From the NCBI GenBank assembly GCA_020632665.1, contig JACKFC010000001.1, positions 205,893 through 269,892 of the forward strand: DNA of 64,000 bases, read 5' to 3'. This DNA comes from Deltaproteobacteria bacterium. Its GTDB lineage: Bacteria > Myxococcota_A > UBA9042. Shown here piece by piece: positions 1 to 8,250 of the stretch (the first letter of the stretch is position 1; every line of letters begins with the position of its first letter). Made by a program: the position numbers and the translations under genes. The notes under the pieces were generated by a model. The model was not told the origin of the DNA, did not search any database, and saw only the letters and a list, made by a program, of their open reading frames with translations.

Positions 1-93
1 GCCGCCGCCGCCCCCTCGGATGGGGGCTTGCGAGCCTGCTCGTCGTGAAGAGGACCTTGGATCGAGGTCGCGCGCGGGGCAAAAAAAGAGCCG

Positions 94-1044
94 TCAGCCG
101 CCGCGGAGCTCGACCACCAGACCGCGCGAATTGATCTCTTCGAGCACGTGCGGCGGCGGCTCGGGCAGGCTGCGGATGCCGGCCTTGTAGCCGGTCATCA
201 GCGAGCGAACGGTGTCGTCGAAGGCGTCGTTGCCGCTCTTCTTGCTGATCTGGAATTCGAGCACGCGGCCGGTGGCGGTCATCCGGCGCACGATGACCTT
301 GGCGCGCAGCTCTTTGCGCAGCCACGGCGGGACGCTGCCGGGCAGGACGAAGGCCTTCTGCATGGCGATCCGGACCTCGCGGACGTAGGCCGAGCCACTG
401 CGTGCGACCAGGCCGTCGCCGCCCCGCTGGCCGGTCTTGGTGCCGAGGATCTTGCCGAGCTTGTTGCGTCGCGCCTCGCCCTCGTCGCCGCCCTTGAGGA
501 TCTTGTCGAGCTTGTTGTCCGCGCCACGGACCAGCTTTTCGACCGTCTCGACGCGCTTCTGCTCGGTCTTCGGCGGCGCGGCCGGCTTGCTGGCCTCTTC
601 GGTGCGGGTGCCGTCGGCCTCGCCCAGGCGCTCGACGATCTCCGCTTCGAGCAGATCGACCAGAACCTCGGGTGGCGGCTCGACCTCGCGGCGCATCAGC
701 CGACGCAGCGGCTCTGGGCAGCGTCGCGAGCCAGGGAGCTCGTCGTCGGCCGGCGGCGGCACGGCGCGGCGCGGCTGCTTCTCGCCGAGGCAGGCTGGGC
801 TGACGACCGAAGCGCAGCCGCGATCTTCGCCCGCCTCTGCAGCACGGGCGGCGGCCTCGACGGCGAGCGGATGCTGCGCAGGAGCGAGGATGACGGCCAG
901 GCCGATGGCGGTGTGCGCGCCGAGCACGACGACGGCGCCGACCCAACGCGCCCGCTTCAGCAGACGCGCCGACGCCGCAGCCAACACCGCGGGTTGCAGC
1001 CCGGGCGGCAGCGACGGATCGGGTGCCAGCGCGGAGCGGCTCAC
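94..1044 (-). CDS. TolA/TonB-like envelope energy-transducer (TM anchor, charged Lys/Glu/Ala linker, TolA/TonB-type C-terminal domain)
   Basis: Last 317 codons of the 94..1617 ORF. The GTG at 1044 overlaps the TGA of the upstream ExbD/TolR gene (GTGA). TM segment WVGAVVVLGAHTAIGLAVILAP, charged linker, tail ...SGNDAFDDTVRSLM...LPEPP. Gene order is Q-R-A as in tol/exb operons. Confidence 0.6.
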   Translation of the reverse strand: MSRSALAPDPSLPPGLQPAVLAAASARLLKRARWVGAVVVLGAHTAIGLAVILAPAQHPLAVEAAARAAEAGEDRGCASVVSPACLGEKQPRRAVPPPADDELPGSRRCPEPLRRLMRREVEPPPEVLVDLLEAEIVERLGEADGTRTEEASKPAAPPKTEQKRVETVEKLVRGADNKLDKILKGGDEGEARRNKLGKILGTKTGQRGGDGLVARSGSAYVREVRIAMQKAFVLPGSVPPWLRKELRAKVIVRRMTATGRVLEFQISKKSGNDAFDDTVRSLMTGYKAGIRSLPEPPPHVLEEINSRGLVVELRGG

Positions 1045-1610
1045 TTCGCGGCGCCCCCTGCGGCCTTGGGTGCCTCGGTGACGAGGCCGAAATGCTGGAT
1101 GCCGGCGCGGCGCATGCGCGCCATCAAGCGCAGCACTTCGTCGTAGCTCAGCCGGCGATCCGCCTTGAAGTGGACGTCGCGCAGGCCGCCCGGCGCGGCC
1201 TTGGCCAGCGCCGCCTCGAAGGTGTCGAGGCAGCTGTCGAAGTGGTCGAGGCCCTTGCAGGCGACGAGCAGCTTCTGGTCGAGGAAGATGCGGCGCTGGC
1301 CGTCGATGGCGAGGACCGGCTTGCCCTGCTTGCCGCCGGCGATGATGCGGTCCGCCTCGGCCTTGGGTAGGTCGATCGGGACCTGATTCTGGTCGTCCGG
1401 CGGCGCGTCGACCGCGGCGATCTCCTCGCTGACGACCTGGCGCAGCGTCTCGGCTTCGCGCGAGAGGCGCGCGGTCTCCACCGAGCTGGCGGTCATGAAG
1501 ATCACCAAGAGCACCAACATCACGTCGACCAGCGGCGTGACGTTGATCTCCGCCAGCGTGCTCTGCGCGATGCGTCCGCGGCCTCCGCCGCCTCCGACCG
1601 ACATGCCCAT
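1041..1610 (-). CDS. ExbD/TolR family biopolymer transport protein
   Basis: 189-aa ORF with N-terminal TM (INVTPLVDVMLVLLVIFM) and an ExbD/TolR-type periplasmic domain. It starts 9 nt after the ExbB/TolQ gene and overlaps the next gene by 4 nt. Confidence 0.85.
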   Translation of the reverse strand: MGMSVGGGGGRGRIAQSTLAEINVTPLVDVMLVLLVIFMTASSVETARLSREAETLRQVVSEEIAAVDAPPDDQNQVPIDLPKAEADRIIAGGKQGKPVLAIDGQRRIFLDQKLLVACKGLDHFDSCLDTFEAALAKAAPGGLRDVHFKADRRLSYDEVLRLMARMRRAGIQHFGLVTEAPKAAGGAAK

Positions 1611-1619
1611 GGCGCACTC

Positions 1620-2324
1620 CTATCGGCCGGTGCGCTCGAGGCGCGCCACACGGTTGATGAGGTCGAGACCGAAGCCGTCGAGATCGGTGACGATCTTGCG
1701 GACCATGCGGGAGATCGTGTTGTAGCCGATCACGGCCGGGATCGCGGCGAGCAGGCCGACCGCGGTGGCGACCAGCGCCTCGGCGATGTGCGGCGCGACC
1801 GTGGTCAGCACGCTGCCGCTGTCCGAGAGGTTGCCGAACGCCATCATGATGCCCCAGACCGTGCCGAAGAGGCCGATGAAGGGGGCGGCGGAGGCGACCG
1901 AGCCGAGCACGCCGAGGCCGTTTTCCAGCTCGTCGACCAGCGGCTCTGCCGAGCGGCGCAGGACGCGCTCGACGGCGTGCAGGTCGACGGCTTCATCCTC
2001 ACCGTAGCGGGCGATCTCCTTCAGCACCGCGATCAGCAGCTTGAAGTGTGGCAGCGCGACGTGCGCCTTCAGCGCCTCGGCGGCGGTCGCGAGGTCGTCG
2101 TGCCTGGCGAAGCCGTTGCGGAAGGACTCGATCTGCTTGCGGAGCTGCAGCAAGGCCCAGGCACGCGCGCCGATCACGAACCAGGTCAGCACGCTCATCA
2201 GCACGAGCAAGATCAGGACCGCGAGCACCATCCCGCGCGACTGCACCGCGGCGGAGAGGGGATCGATCTGGACTTGCGCGAGCAAGGCGCCGGCAGAGGG
2301 AAAGAGGGCGATCTCCAACATCAT
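1620..2324 (-). CDS. MotA/TolQ/ExbB family proton-channel protein
   Basis: 234-aa ORF with three hydrophobic segments and the family signature AAPFIGLFGTVWGIMMAFGNL. Confidence 0.9.
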   Translation of the reverse strand: MMLEIALFPSAGALLAQVQIDPLSAAVQSRGMVLAVLILLVLMSVLTWFVIGARAWALLQLRKQIESFRNGFARHDDLATAAEALKAHVALPHFKLLIAVLKEIARYGEDEAVDLHAVERVLRRSAEPLVDELENGLGVLGSVASAAPFIGLFGTVWGIMMAFGNLSDSGSVLTTVAPHIAEALVATAVGLLAAIPAVIGYNTISRMVRKIVTDLDGFGLDLINRVARLERTGR

Positions 2325-2386
2325 CGAATCCTACCGAGGGCCGTCGATCGGCCGCGCCGGCAGGCTCCCCGTTGGTAGATCCCGTG

Positions 2387-4054
2387 TCAACGCCCCGCGC
2401 GCCGGCCACGGGCGCGCCAGAGCGCAGCCTCGTCGCCGCGGCCGAGCTTTTCGCTCGCCGCCGCACCGAGCGCGTGCACGCCGGGATCGAAGGGGTTGAG
2501 GTGGAGGGCGTCTTCGGCGTGGTGCAGCGCACGTTCGGCGTCGCCGGCGGCCAGCGCGACCTTGCCCGCGACCAGAACCAGCGGCGCGTGCTGCGGGAAG
2601 CGGGCCAGCGCGCGGTCGACCTCGCGCGCGGCGTCGTCGAGTCGGCCGATGGCGAGCAGCGCGCGGGCCAGCCGGGTCGACATCAAGACGTCCGCCGGCG
2701 CGCCCTTGGCCCGGGCGCGCTGGTATTCCAGCACCGCGGCGAGCGGGCGTTCGAGCGCGAGCAGCCGGTCGCCGAGCTCGACGTAGCGCTGGCCGCGCTG
2801 GTTGGTCTCCTGCTTGCCGGCGTCGCCCTTGAAGGCGAGCGGCAACGACGGCTCGGCGTCCGCCGGTGGCGCTTGGTAGCCGGCGCCGCGGCGCAGCGCG
2901 CTCCACCAAGTCGATTGCCAGCGGGCCGTCGTCCCGCCGGTCCACGCGGCGAGGGCCTCGTCCTCGTCCTGCCCCGCGGCGAAGTGGCCGAGCAGCCCCG
3001 CCACGGTGCGCTGCTCGTCGGCGAGCAGCCACGCGAGCAGGTGGTGGACCTCGGCGAAGGCGAGCTGCGCCTTCTCCTGGCTCGGCAGCGCGGCGATGCT
3101 CGGGCTCATCTGCCGCAACGTGACGAATGCGCGCCGCCGCCGGGCGCGGTCGAGCAGGACCCGCTCCTCGAGGTCGAGCGCCTTGGGGTCGGCACCGCGC
3201 CAGAGCCCTTCGTGCGAGCGCGCCAGGGCCTCGTGCAGCCAGACCGGCACGCGATCGCTGCCGCGGCGGGTCACCAGCAGGTGAATGAGCTCGTGCACGA
3301 CGGTATCGGCCCACGGGTAGCCGAAGACCAACGCGCGCGGGCTGGTGACCATCAAGCGGTTGTATTTGCAGACGGCGATGGTGCCGCTGGCTTTGATCTG
3401 CGCTTCGGTCAGCCCGGTCGTCTCGGCGAGCTGGCTCGGGCGGGCATAGATCAGCACACGGATCGGCGCCGCCGGCAGGGGACCGAAGACCTTGGTCAAC
3501 GCCGGCGCCGCGCGCCGCAACACCGCGTCGAGCAGCGGCAGCAAGAGCTCGTCGGGGCCGGGTTCGACCCAGACCTCGAAGCTGCCGTCGACGATCGGGA
3601 CCCGCTTGGCATTCGCCGTGATCGTGGCGCTGGCGCTGGCGACGGCGGCCAGCCCGGCGGCCCGCTTGCGCAGGACCGGCGGCGCGCTCTCGTCGGCAGC
3701 GAGCGCGCCGAGCAGCAGGGCCGCCTCTTCGTGCCGCGCTTCGAGCAGGGCGAGGCTGCCCTCGGCGAAGCGGAGGGTGAATCCGGCCCCCGCCGAAGCG
3801 CTGATCGCGTCGAGGACGCCGCGGATGCAGACCGGATCTTCGCGGCCGAGGCACTCACCGAGGCGCTGACCGAGCTGCTGCACCGCCGGCTCGGCCGCCA
3901 CAGCGACGGCGGGCGCAGTGATGGCGGGCGCGACGGCGACGACGACGGCGAGCAGCAGCGTGAAGCAGAGCCAGCGTCGACCACACCCAGCGCGGCCAGC
4001 GGCGCCGAAGAGGCCGCCGGTGCGGGTCTGCAGACGGGGACGGAGACGGGACAC
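2387..4054 (-). CDS. Secreted HExxH (peptidase-MA-like) protein with C-terminal TPR-like repeats
   Basis: 555-aa ORF with a hydrophobic N-terminus (WLCFTLLLAVVVAVAPAI). HExxH motif in TVVHELIHLLV followed by WLHEALA. The C-terminal ~150 aa are helical repeats (LGDRLLALERPLAAVLEYQRA..., ALARFPQHAPL...). Confidence 0.7.
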   Translation of the reverse strand: MSRLRPRLQTRTGGLFGAAGRAGCGRRWLCFTLLLAVVVAVAPAITAPAVAVAAEPAVQQLGQRLGECLGREDPVCIRGVLDAISASAGAGFTLRFAEGSLALLEARHEEAALLLGALAADESAPPVLRKRAAGLAAVASASATITANAKRVPIVDGSFEVWVEPGPDELLLPLLDAVLRRAAPALTKVFGPLPAAPIRVLIYARPSQLAETTGLTEAQIKASGTIAVCKYNRLMVTSPRALVFGYPWADTVVHELIHLLVTRRGSDRVPVWLHEALARSHEGLWRGADPKALDLEERVLLDRARRRRAFVTLRQMSPSIAALPSQEKAQLAFAEVHHLLAWLLADEQRTVAGLLGHFAAGQDEDEALAAWTGGTTARWQSTWWSALRRGAGYQAPPADAEPSLPLAFKGDAGKQETNQRGQRYVELGDRLLALERPLAAVLEYQRARAKGAPADVLMSTRLARALLAIGRLDDAAREVDRALARFPQHAPLVLVAGKVALAAGDAERALHHAEDALHLNPFDPGVHALGAAASEKLGRGDEAALWRARGRRAGR

Positions 4055-4106
4055 GGAACCTCCAACACGGGCGAGCGAAGCCTAGCGCGTCCGTCGCCTG
4101 CGCGCG

Positions 4107-7061
4107 ATGGCGCAGGCGCAGCCGTACCGCTATCCTCGCCGCGCCGCGACCCCGCGGCCGGAGGCGAGCGTGCGCGAACGCGCGATTCGAGGCGGATTGG
4201 CGGCCGTGGCCGCGCTGGTCGCGGTGCTGGCGATGCAGACGATGCTCGCCGCGCCGCCGGCCCCGGAGCAGCCTGTCGCCCTGCAGGTGGCGGTGCCCGA
4301 TCCGCTGGCGCCGCTGCTGGTCGACAGCCACGCCCGCGAGCGCCGCGACCGCGACCGCGCCATCCGCCGCCTCGGCGAGCTGCGGATCGGCTCACAGGCG
4401 CTCGACAAGGTGCGCAAGCGCTACGTCGATCCCGGCCGCGTCGAGCCGGCCGAGATGCTGCACGCCGGCCTGCGGGCGCTGCTCCCGGCGGTCCCGCCGC
4501 TGCGCATCGAGAAGAGCGCCGACGGCTACGATCTCCGCATGGGCGAAGAGCGCATGCACGTCGACTCCGCCGAGATCACCGACCTCTTCCGCCTCGACCG
4601 GGCCCTGCTCCGGGCGATGCGCTTCCTGGCCCAGCGGCTGGGTCCGGAGGTCCACCCGGCCAACCTCGAATATATCGCCGTCAACGGGATGCTGCGGACC
4701 CTCGACCCCTATTCGCGGATGTTGGACCCCGACGCCTGGCGCGAGATGCAGACCCACACCGGCGGCACCTTCGGCGGCCTCGGCATCCGCATCCTCGTGG
4801 TCGAGGGCGTGCTGACGGTGGTCGGCGTGATCGAGGGCTCGCCGGCGGCGCAGGCCGGGTTGGAGCAGCAGGACCAGATCGTCCAGATCGACGGCGAAGA
4901 CACGCTGAATATGAGCGTCGACGACGCCGTCGCGCGGCTCCGTGGCAAGGTGGGCGTCGCCGCCGAGCTGATGGTGATGCGCAAGGATTGGAAGGAGCCA
5001 CGGCCCTTCCGCGTCGTGCGCGCGGTGATCCAGCTCAAGAGCGTCGAGGGGCGGCTGCTCGACAACGGCGTCGGCTACGCCCGGATCAAATCCTTCCAAC
5101 GCGGCACGGCGAAGGAGTTGGCCCGGCAGATCGCCCTGCTCGACGAAGACGGCGCCGGCCGCGGCCTGGTCCTCGACCTGCGCGGCAACCCGGGCGGCCT
5201 GTTGGAAGAAGCGGTGCGGGTCGTCGACCTCTTCCTCGAAGCGCGCACCGTCGTCGCCACGGTCGGCCATGGCGCGCGGCGAGAGGAGCGGCGCAGCAAA
5301 GACGGCGGGCCGGGCCTGGAGCTGCCGCTCGCGTTGCTGGTGGATCGCCGCTCGGCGAGCGCTTCGGAGATCGTCGCCGGCGCGCTGAAGCATTTCGATC
5401 GGGCCGTGATCCTCGGCGAGCGCAGCTACGGCAAGGGCACGGTGCAGGTGCCGTTCGAGATCGGCGACGGCGCGCTGAAGCTCACGGTCGCGCAATATCT
5501 GGTTGGCGGCGAAGGCGTGATCCAGGGCCGCGGCGTGACGCCAGACGTCGAGATCAACTTCCAGACCGTCCGCCGCAACCGGGTCTCGCTCTTCGACCCG
5601 TCGGTCAGCCGGCGGCGCACCGAGGGCGAGGAACAAGGCGAGCGGGCGGCACATCGGCTGCGCATCCAGATCCCGATCGCCTCCGAGCGCCGTCCGGAAG
5701 AGCGGAGCAGCCCCGCGGCGTTCCGCGACGCCGAGCCGATCCGCCGGGCTGCCGAGCTGCTGCGCCGGGTCGGCGAGTCGACCGCGTCGGCGTCGCTGGC
5801 GCAAGCCACGGCCACCATCGCCGAGATGCAGGAGCAGGACGACCGCTCGCTGACCGTGGCGTTGACCCGGGTCGGGGTCGATTGGCGCCGCGGTCCGCGG
5901 GCGAGCGACGCCCGGCTGGCGTTGACGATCGGTCGCCCGGGCGAGGGCGCCGTCTTTACCGCGCGGGCCGGCGCGGCGACGACGGTGCCGGTCACGGTGC
6001 GCAACCTCGGCAACGAGACGCTCTACCGCGTGATGGTGCAGACCCGCAGCGACGCCGGCGCCTTCGACGGCATCGAGGCCGCGGTCGGTCGGCTCGCGCC
6101 GGGCCGCTCGCGGACGGTCTCGTTGCGCTTGCGACCCTCGCGCCGCCACCTCGACGTGGTGGTGCCGATGCAGGCCGTGGCGATGGCCGAGGGCGCACCG
6201 CTCGGCGCCAGCGTCGACGCCACGGTGCGGGTGATCGGTCGACCGCGACCGAAGCTCGATTTCCGCTACCACCTCGACGCGGCGGACGGGGTCCTCGAGC
6301 CGGGGCGGCGGGCGACGCTGCGGGTCGAGGTGCGCAACGACGGCGACGGCCCCTCGCGCCGCACGGTCGTGAGCCTGCGCAGCCTCGCCGGCACACGGCT
6401 GCACCTCGAGGTCGGCAAGGCGGACCTCGGCAGGCTCGAGCCCGGCGCGACGGCCACGGCGGAGCTGATCGTGGTCGGCGGCGACGGCAATGGCCGCACC
6501 AGCGGCCTCTTGGAGGCGCGGCTGACCCTGACCGACGAGTCGTCCGGTGAATCGCGCAGCGCACGCGTCGTGCTCGGCTGGCGGCGCAAGGGCCAGGAAC
6601 GGCGCGCCGAGGCGATCGCGCAGGTGATCTCCGAGCGCGCCAAGCGCTGGAACCTGGCGCCGACGATTCGGGTCGACGCGGCGACCGACGCCGGCGCCCC
6701 GCCCGTGCAGGGAGACGCCGCCGCGGTGCCGCCCGCCGCCGCGGCGACGGTGGACGCCGACGATCCGACCGCGGCCTACCGGATCACGCCGCTGAAGGCG
6801 CCGTGCCGGCTCCACTTGCGCGGCGAGGTCGCCTTTCCCAGCGGTCCGCGGCACGAGCGTTGGGCCGTGGTGAACATCGGCAGCGAGAAGCGCGTCTACC
6901 TGAGCGGGGCCGGCCAGGGGTCGGTCCGCCTGGACCATACGGTCGAACTCGCGGCCGGATTGCAGCGCGTGACCATCGTCGCGCAGGCAGGACGCGACCG
7001 GCTGGCGCAGCGCGCGCTGCTGGTGCATTGTACGGCGGTTGACGCCGTTTCCGAGGAGTGA
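4107..7061 (+). CDS. S41 family C-terminal processing peptidase with PDZ domain and a long C-terminal extension holding two beta-sandwich-like repeats
   Basis: 984-aa ORF. PDZ-like GGLGIRILVVEGVLTVVGVIEGSPAAQAGLEQQDQIVQIDGE. S41 motifs LVLDLRGNPGGLL and DRRSASASEIVAGALKHFDRAVILGERSYGKGTVQ. The exact start is uncertain. Confidence 0.85.
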   Translation: MAQAQPYRYPRRAATPRPEASVRERAIRGGLAAVAALVAVLAMQTMLAAPPAPEQPVALQVAVPDPLAPLLVDSHARERRDRDRAIRRLGELRIGSQALDKVRKRYVDPGRVEPAEMLHAGLRALLPAVPPLRIEKSADGYDLRMGEERMHVDSAEITDLFRLDRALLRAMRFLAQRLGPEVHPANLEYIAVNGMLRTLDPYSRMLDPDAWREMQTHTGGTFGGLGIRILVVEGVLTVVGVIEGSPAAQAGLEQQDQIVQIDGEDTLNMSVDDAVARLRGKVGVAAELMVMRKDWKEPRPFRVVRAVIQLKSVEGRLLDNGVGYARIKSFQRGTAKELARQIALLDEDGAGRGLVLDLRGNPGGLLEEAVRVVDLFLEARTVVATVGHGARREERRSKDGGPGLELPLALLVDRRSASASEIVAGALKHFDRAVILGERSYGKGTVQVPFEIGDGALKLTVAQYLVGGEGVIQGRGVTPDVEINFQTVRRNRVSLFDPSVSRRRTEGEEQGERAAHRLRIQIPIASERRPEERSSPAAFRDAEPIRRAAELLRRVGESTASASLAQATATIAEMQEQDDRSLTVALTRVGVDWRRGPRASDARLALTIGRPGEGAVFTARAGAATTVPVTVRNLGNETLYRVMVQTRSDAGAFDGIEAAVGRLAPGRSRTVSLRLRPSRRHLDVVVPMQAVAMAEGAPLGASVDATVRVIGRPRPKLDFRYHLDAADGVLEPGRRATLRVEVRNDGDGPSRRTVVSLRSLAGTRLHLEVGKADLGRLEPGATATAELIVVGGDGNGRTSGLLEARLTLTDESSGESRSARVVLGWRRKGQERRAEAIAQVISERAKRWNLAPTIRVDAATDAGAPPVQGDAAAVPPAAAATVDADDPTAAYRITPLKAPCRLHLRGEVAFPSGPRHERWAVVNIGSEKRVYLSGAGQGSVRLDHTVELAAGLQRVTIVAQAGRDRLAQRALLVHCTAVDAVSEE

Positions 7062-7067
7062 TCGACG

Positions 7068-8120
7068 ATGAGCAACCACCCCCGCGCCCCCTTCGCCCTG
7101 GTCCTCGCGCTGCTGATCGCGGCGATCTGTGTGAGCCCCGCAGTGGCTCAGCCCGTCGCCGACCGCACCGAACTCGAAGAGAAGAAGCGCATCCAAGAAG
7201 AGAAGCGCAAGCAAATCGAGAAGATGAAGGAAGAGGCGACGCGCGAGACGGCCGACCAGAAGGAAGCCCGCCTGCGCAGCGAGAAGAAGGTCGCCAACCA
7301 GCAGGCCGCGCTGGCGAAGGCGCAGGAAGCTCTGGCGGCAGCGTCCCGGCGGCAGAACAAGAAAGGCCAGGACCTGATGGCCGAGGCCTGGAAGCTCGAC
7401 CCGGGCAATATGGACTACCCGTTCAATACCGCGGCGTTCGCCGAGGCCAACAACGATCCCGAGATGGAGTTCTGGGCCTACTCGGGCTTCATGACGCTGG
7501 CGCTGAACGAGCTGGTCGCGCTCGGCCCGAGCACCAGCGAATACAAGACGCAGATCGAAGATCGCGTACAGAAGGCGCGGACCCGGATGGACGCGGTCCG
7601 CAGCAAGGTCTCGTCCGGCATGGTCAGCCTCGAGGTGAACCCGAAGGATTGCGAGATCTACCTCGACGGCGCCTTCCTCGGCCGCGGCAAGGGCAAGATC
7701 GAGGCCCTGACCGGCAGCCGCGAGGTGCGCACCGATTGCCAGGGCTACAAGCCCTTCGTGCAGCAGATCAACGTCCGCGCCGGCGACGCCAATACCGCGC
7801 TGCTCCGGCCGCAGCCGATCGACTACTACGGCTACCTGATCTTCAACGTGAAGCCGGACGAAGAGGTCACGGTCTTCCTCGACGACGTCGAGGTCAGCAA
7901 GCGCGTCGGCGCCGAGCCGAACCCAGATGGCATGATCACCGGCACCGGCAGCAAGAAAGATCCGATCCGACTGCACGCACGCAAGTGGATCATCCGCTTC
8001 TACAAGAAAGGCTTCGACCGCTGGCATCGCCGCATCGAGATCCGCCGCGACCAGATCACCGTGGTCAACGCCGCCCTCGAGAAGCTGAGCGACACCGTCG
8101 AAGCATCCGGCAACGACTGA
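7068..8120 (+). CDS. Secreted coiled-coil / PEGA-domain protein
   Basis: 350-aa ORF with a signal peptide (ALVLALLIAAICVSPAVAQP) and a Lys/Glu-rich helical region. PEGA-like segment VSLEVNPKDCEIYLDGAFLGRGKGKIEALTGSREVRTDCQGYKPF. Confidence 0.7.
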   Translation: MSNHPRAPFALVLALLIAAICVSPAVAQPVADRTELEEKKRIQEEKRKQIEKMKEEATRETADQKEARLRSEKKVANQQAALAKAQEALAAASRRQNKKGQDLMAEAWKLDPGNMDYPFNTAAFAEANNDPEMEFWAYSGFMTLALNELVALGPSTSEYKTQIEDRVQKARTRMDAVRSKVSSGMVSLEVNPKDCEIYLDGAFLGRGKGKIEALTGSREVRTDCQGYKPFVQQINVRAGDANTALLRPQPIDYYGYLIFNVKPDEEVTVFLDDVEVSKRVGAEPNPDGMITGTGSKKDPIRLHARKWIIRFYKKGFDRWHRRIEIRRDQITVVNAALEKLSDTVEASGND

Positions 8121-8250
8121 GCCGGCGGCACCGTCGCGGTGCAAACGCCCCACTCGATCGCAGCGCGTCCTGCCCACGCTCGACCCGGCGACGGCTTCTG
8201 CTAGCCTGCCCGCCGCTGCGGCCACGGACCGTCGCGCGCGGGAGTCCTCG

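Noticed and set aside
94-1617. 507-aa ORF read as a single gene
   Set aside because: Its upstream 190 codons overlap the well-supported ExbD/TolR gene (1041..1610) in another frame and are Arg/Gly/Pro noise. Only the part from the GTG at 1044 is protein-like.
2048-6550. 1500-aa plus-strand ORF spanning several genes
   Set aside because: Its composition is almost pure Arg/Ala/Gly/Pro/Asp. It runs antisense to the HExxH/TPR gene and out of frame through the S41 gene, both of which have clear family motifs. It is a typical stop-poor shadow frame of high-GC DNA.
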